NCBI RefSeq assembly: GCF_000315625.1
Contig: NW_005434668.1
Coordinates: forward strand, 1,158,118 to 1,222,117
DNA: 64,000 nucleotides
Reading direction: 5' to 3'
From: Guillardia theta CCMP2712
Lineage: Eukaryota; Protista; Cryptophyta
A program made the position numbers and the translations under genes. Positions within the stretch are counted from its first letter, which is position 1. Every line of letters begins with the position of its first letter. This document shows, piece by piece, positions 63,175 through 64,000 of this stretch. The notes beneath the pieces are model-generated. The model was not told the origin of the DNA and did no database searches. It saw only the letters and a list, made by a program, of their open reading frames with translations.

Positions 63175-64000
63175 ATGACTCTCCTAGGGATTTCCTCGAT
63201 GTATGTTCGACAAGAAGACTCGGAAAAGTTGAAATCGAAGCTTATGGAGCTAGGTCTCATGGTAGACTCAGTCGATGGAGTCGACAAGGCCATCATGTGG
63301 AAAGCACCTTACAGACCTGAGATAGCACGAGCAGACGACATCTCAGTCACCGTCTCCTTCCTTCGGAATGAAGCAGCCATGGAGCTATGGGAAGGCAGGA
63401 AAGAATACTGCATAGACGGCAGATCGTTCAGAGCCACAGAGGTGAGCATTGCACACGACCGGTCGTTCAAGCTTCGAGCCAAGCGAGGACCTTGGGGCAA
63501 GGGAGGGAGCCTTGCCGAGCTATCACAGCTCTTAGCTCTCGGAGGAATGTCGACGGCTGAGATCGCTCAGATTTATCGATTTCAGCTGCTCTCGCAATCT
63601 CTTGCAGCCGCAGAGGTACAACCACTTGCGGGCATGCTCTTGCAGGGTCCTGGGCAGAGAGGTCGCAAGGGGCCGAGCCCGAAGACGTATGTCGCTGTTG
63701 GGGCAAGTACGGGCACTCTCCAGCAAAACGTCTCTCTGAGCTTGGCGTCGTCGCTGATGAGAGTGAATGCAGACCTTGACCTCGTTCAGAGAGAGCGAGG
63801 CGATGGAGGGGGTGCATCTCACTCTCATCAGCGACGACGCCAAGCTCAGAGAGACGTTTGCAGTCGAGCTCACAGCCGACACCTTCGTGCCGAGGGGAAA
63901 GATTGCCAAGCAGAGGAAGGCACTTCGCGAGAGAGATCATGCGGGGCGCAGCAGCTTCAGAGTACAGATCAAGTCGAGGTCAAGCATGAGCACAGGCCGC
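63175..64000 (+). CDS. Unknown protein, 3' truncated by the window end (possibly spliced)
   Basis: ATG at 63175 starts a stop-free frame to the window end (MTLLGISSMYVRQEDSEKLKSKLMELG...). It is absent from the ORF track because it has no stop. Confidence 0.5.
   Translation, partial: MTLLGISSMYVRQEDSEKLKSKLMELGLMVDSVDGVDKAIMWKAPYRPEIARADDISVTVSFLRNEAAMELWEGRKEYCIDGRSFRATEVSIAHDRSFKLRAKRGPWGKGGSLAELSQLLALGGMSTAEIAQIYRFQLLSQSLAAAEVQPLAGMLLQGPGQRGRKGPSPKTYVAVGASTGTLQQNVSLSLASSLMRVNADLDLVQRERGDGGGASHSHQRRRQAQRDVCSRAHSRHLRAEGKDCQAEEGTSRERSCGAQQLQSTDQVEVKHEHRP
63726..63859. repeat. Perfect 41-bp inverted repeat with a 52-nt spacer
   Basis: aaacgtctctctgagcttggcgtcgtcgctgatgagagtga (63726-63766) is the exact reverse complement of 63819-63859. 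Confidence 0.95.

Overview
Gene-dense eukaryotic nuclear DNA with many short (about 40-60 nt) GT-AG and occasional GC-AG introns, microsatellite-expanded introns and three 100-N scaffold gaps. Bipartite plastid leaders (signal peptide + aromatic residue + transit peptide) and TTTAGGG repeats suggest an alga with a complex red plastid, most like a cryptophyte such as Guillardia; this is an inference. Genes read by hand, in order: GCN1 (3' end off-window), TrmH/SpoU, an alpha/beta hydrolase, CLU1/Clueless, a small secreted protein, a PH-RCC1-PH protein, a helicase-associated (HA) domain protein, a type II peroxiredoxin, transportin-3, a PTS1-bearing extended SDR, CDKAL1, a UDP-glucose dehydrogenase homolog, a DOT1-like methyltransferase, monomeric NADP-IDH, an MBD4-like glycosylase, a coiled-coil protein, CbbY-like HAD phosphatase, a Cys-rich protein, a TPR protein and a caspase-like C14 peptidase. 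The window ends in a telomere-repeat/tandem-repeat block and a truncated ORF. Most notable: (1) three spliceable antisense TM9SF exons inside TrmH intron 1; (2) an intact UGDH gene that has lost its catalytic Cys/Glu/Lys/Asp; (3) a perfect 41-bp fold-back, apparently between an intron and the next exon, near the telomeric repeats; (4) a recurrent, strand-oriented upstream architecture (palindromic GC block, GGGGT tract, GA tract); (5) a DACR-type caspase-like protein next to the telomeric repeats. Exon boundaries and start codons are manual and approximate.
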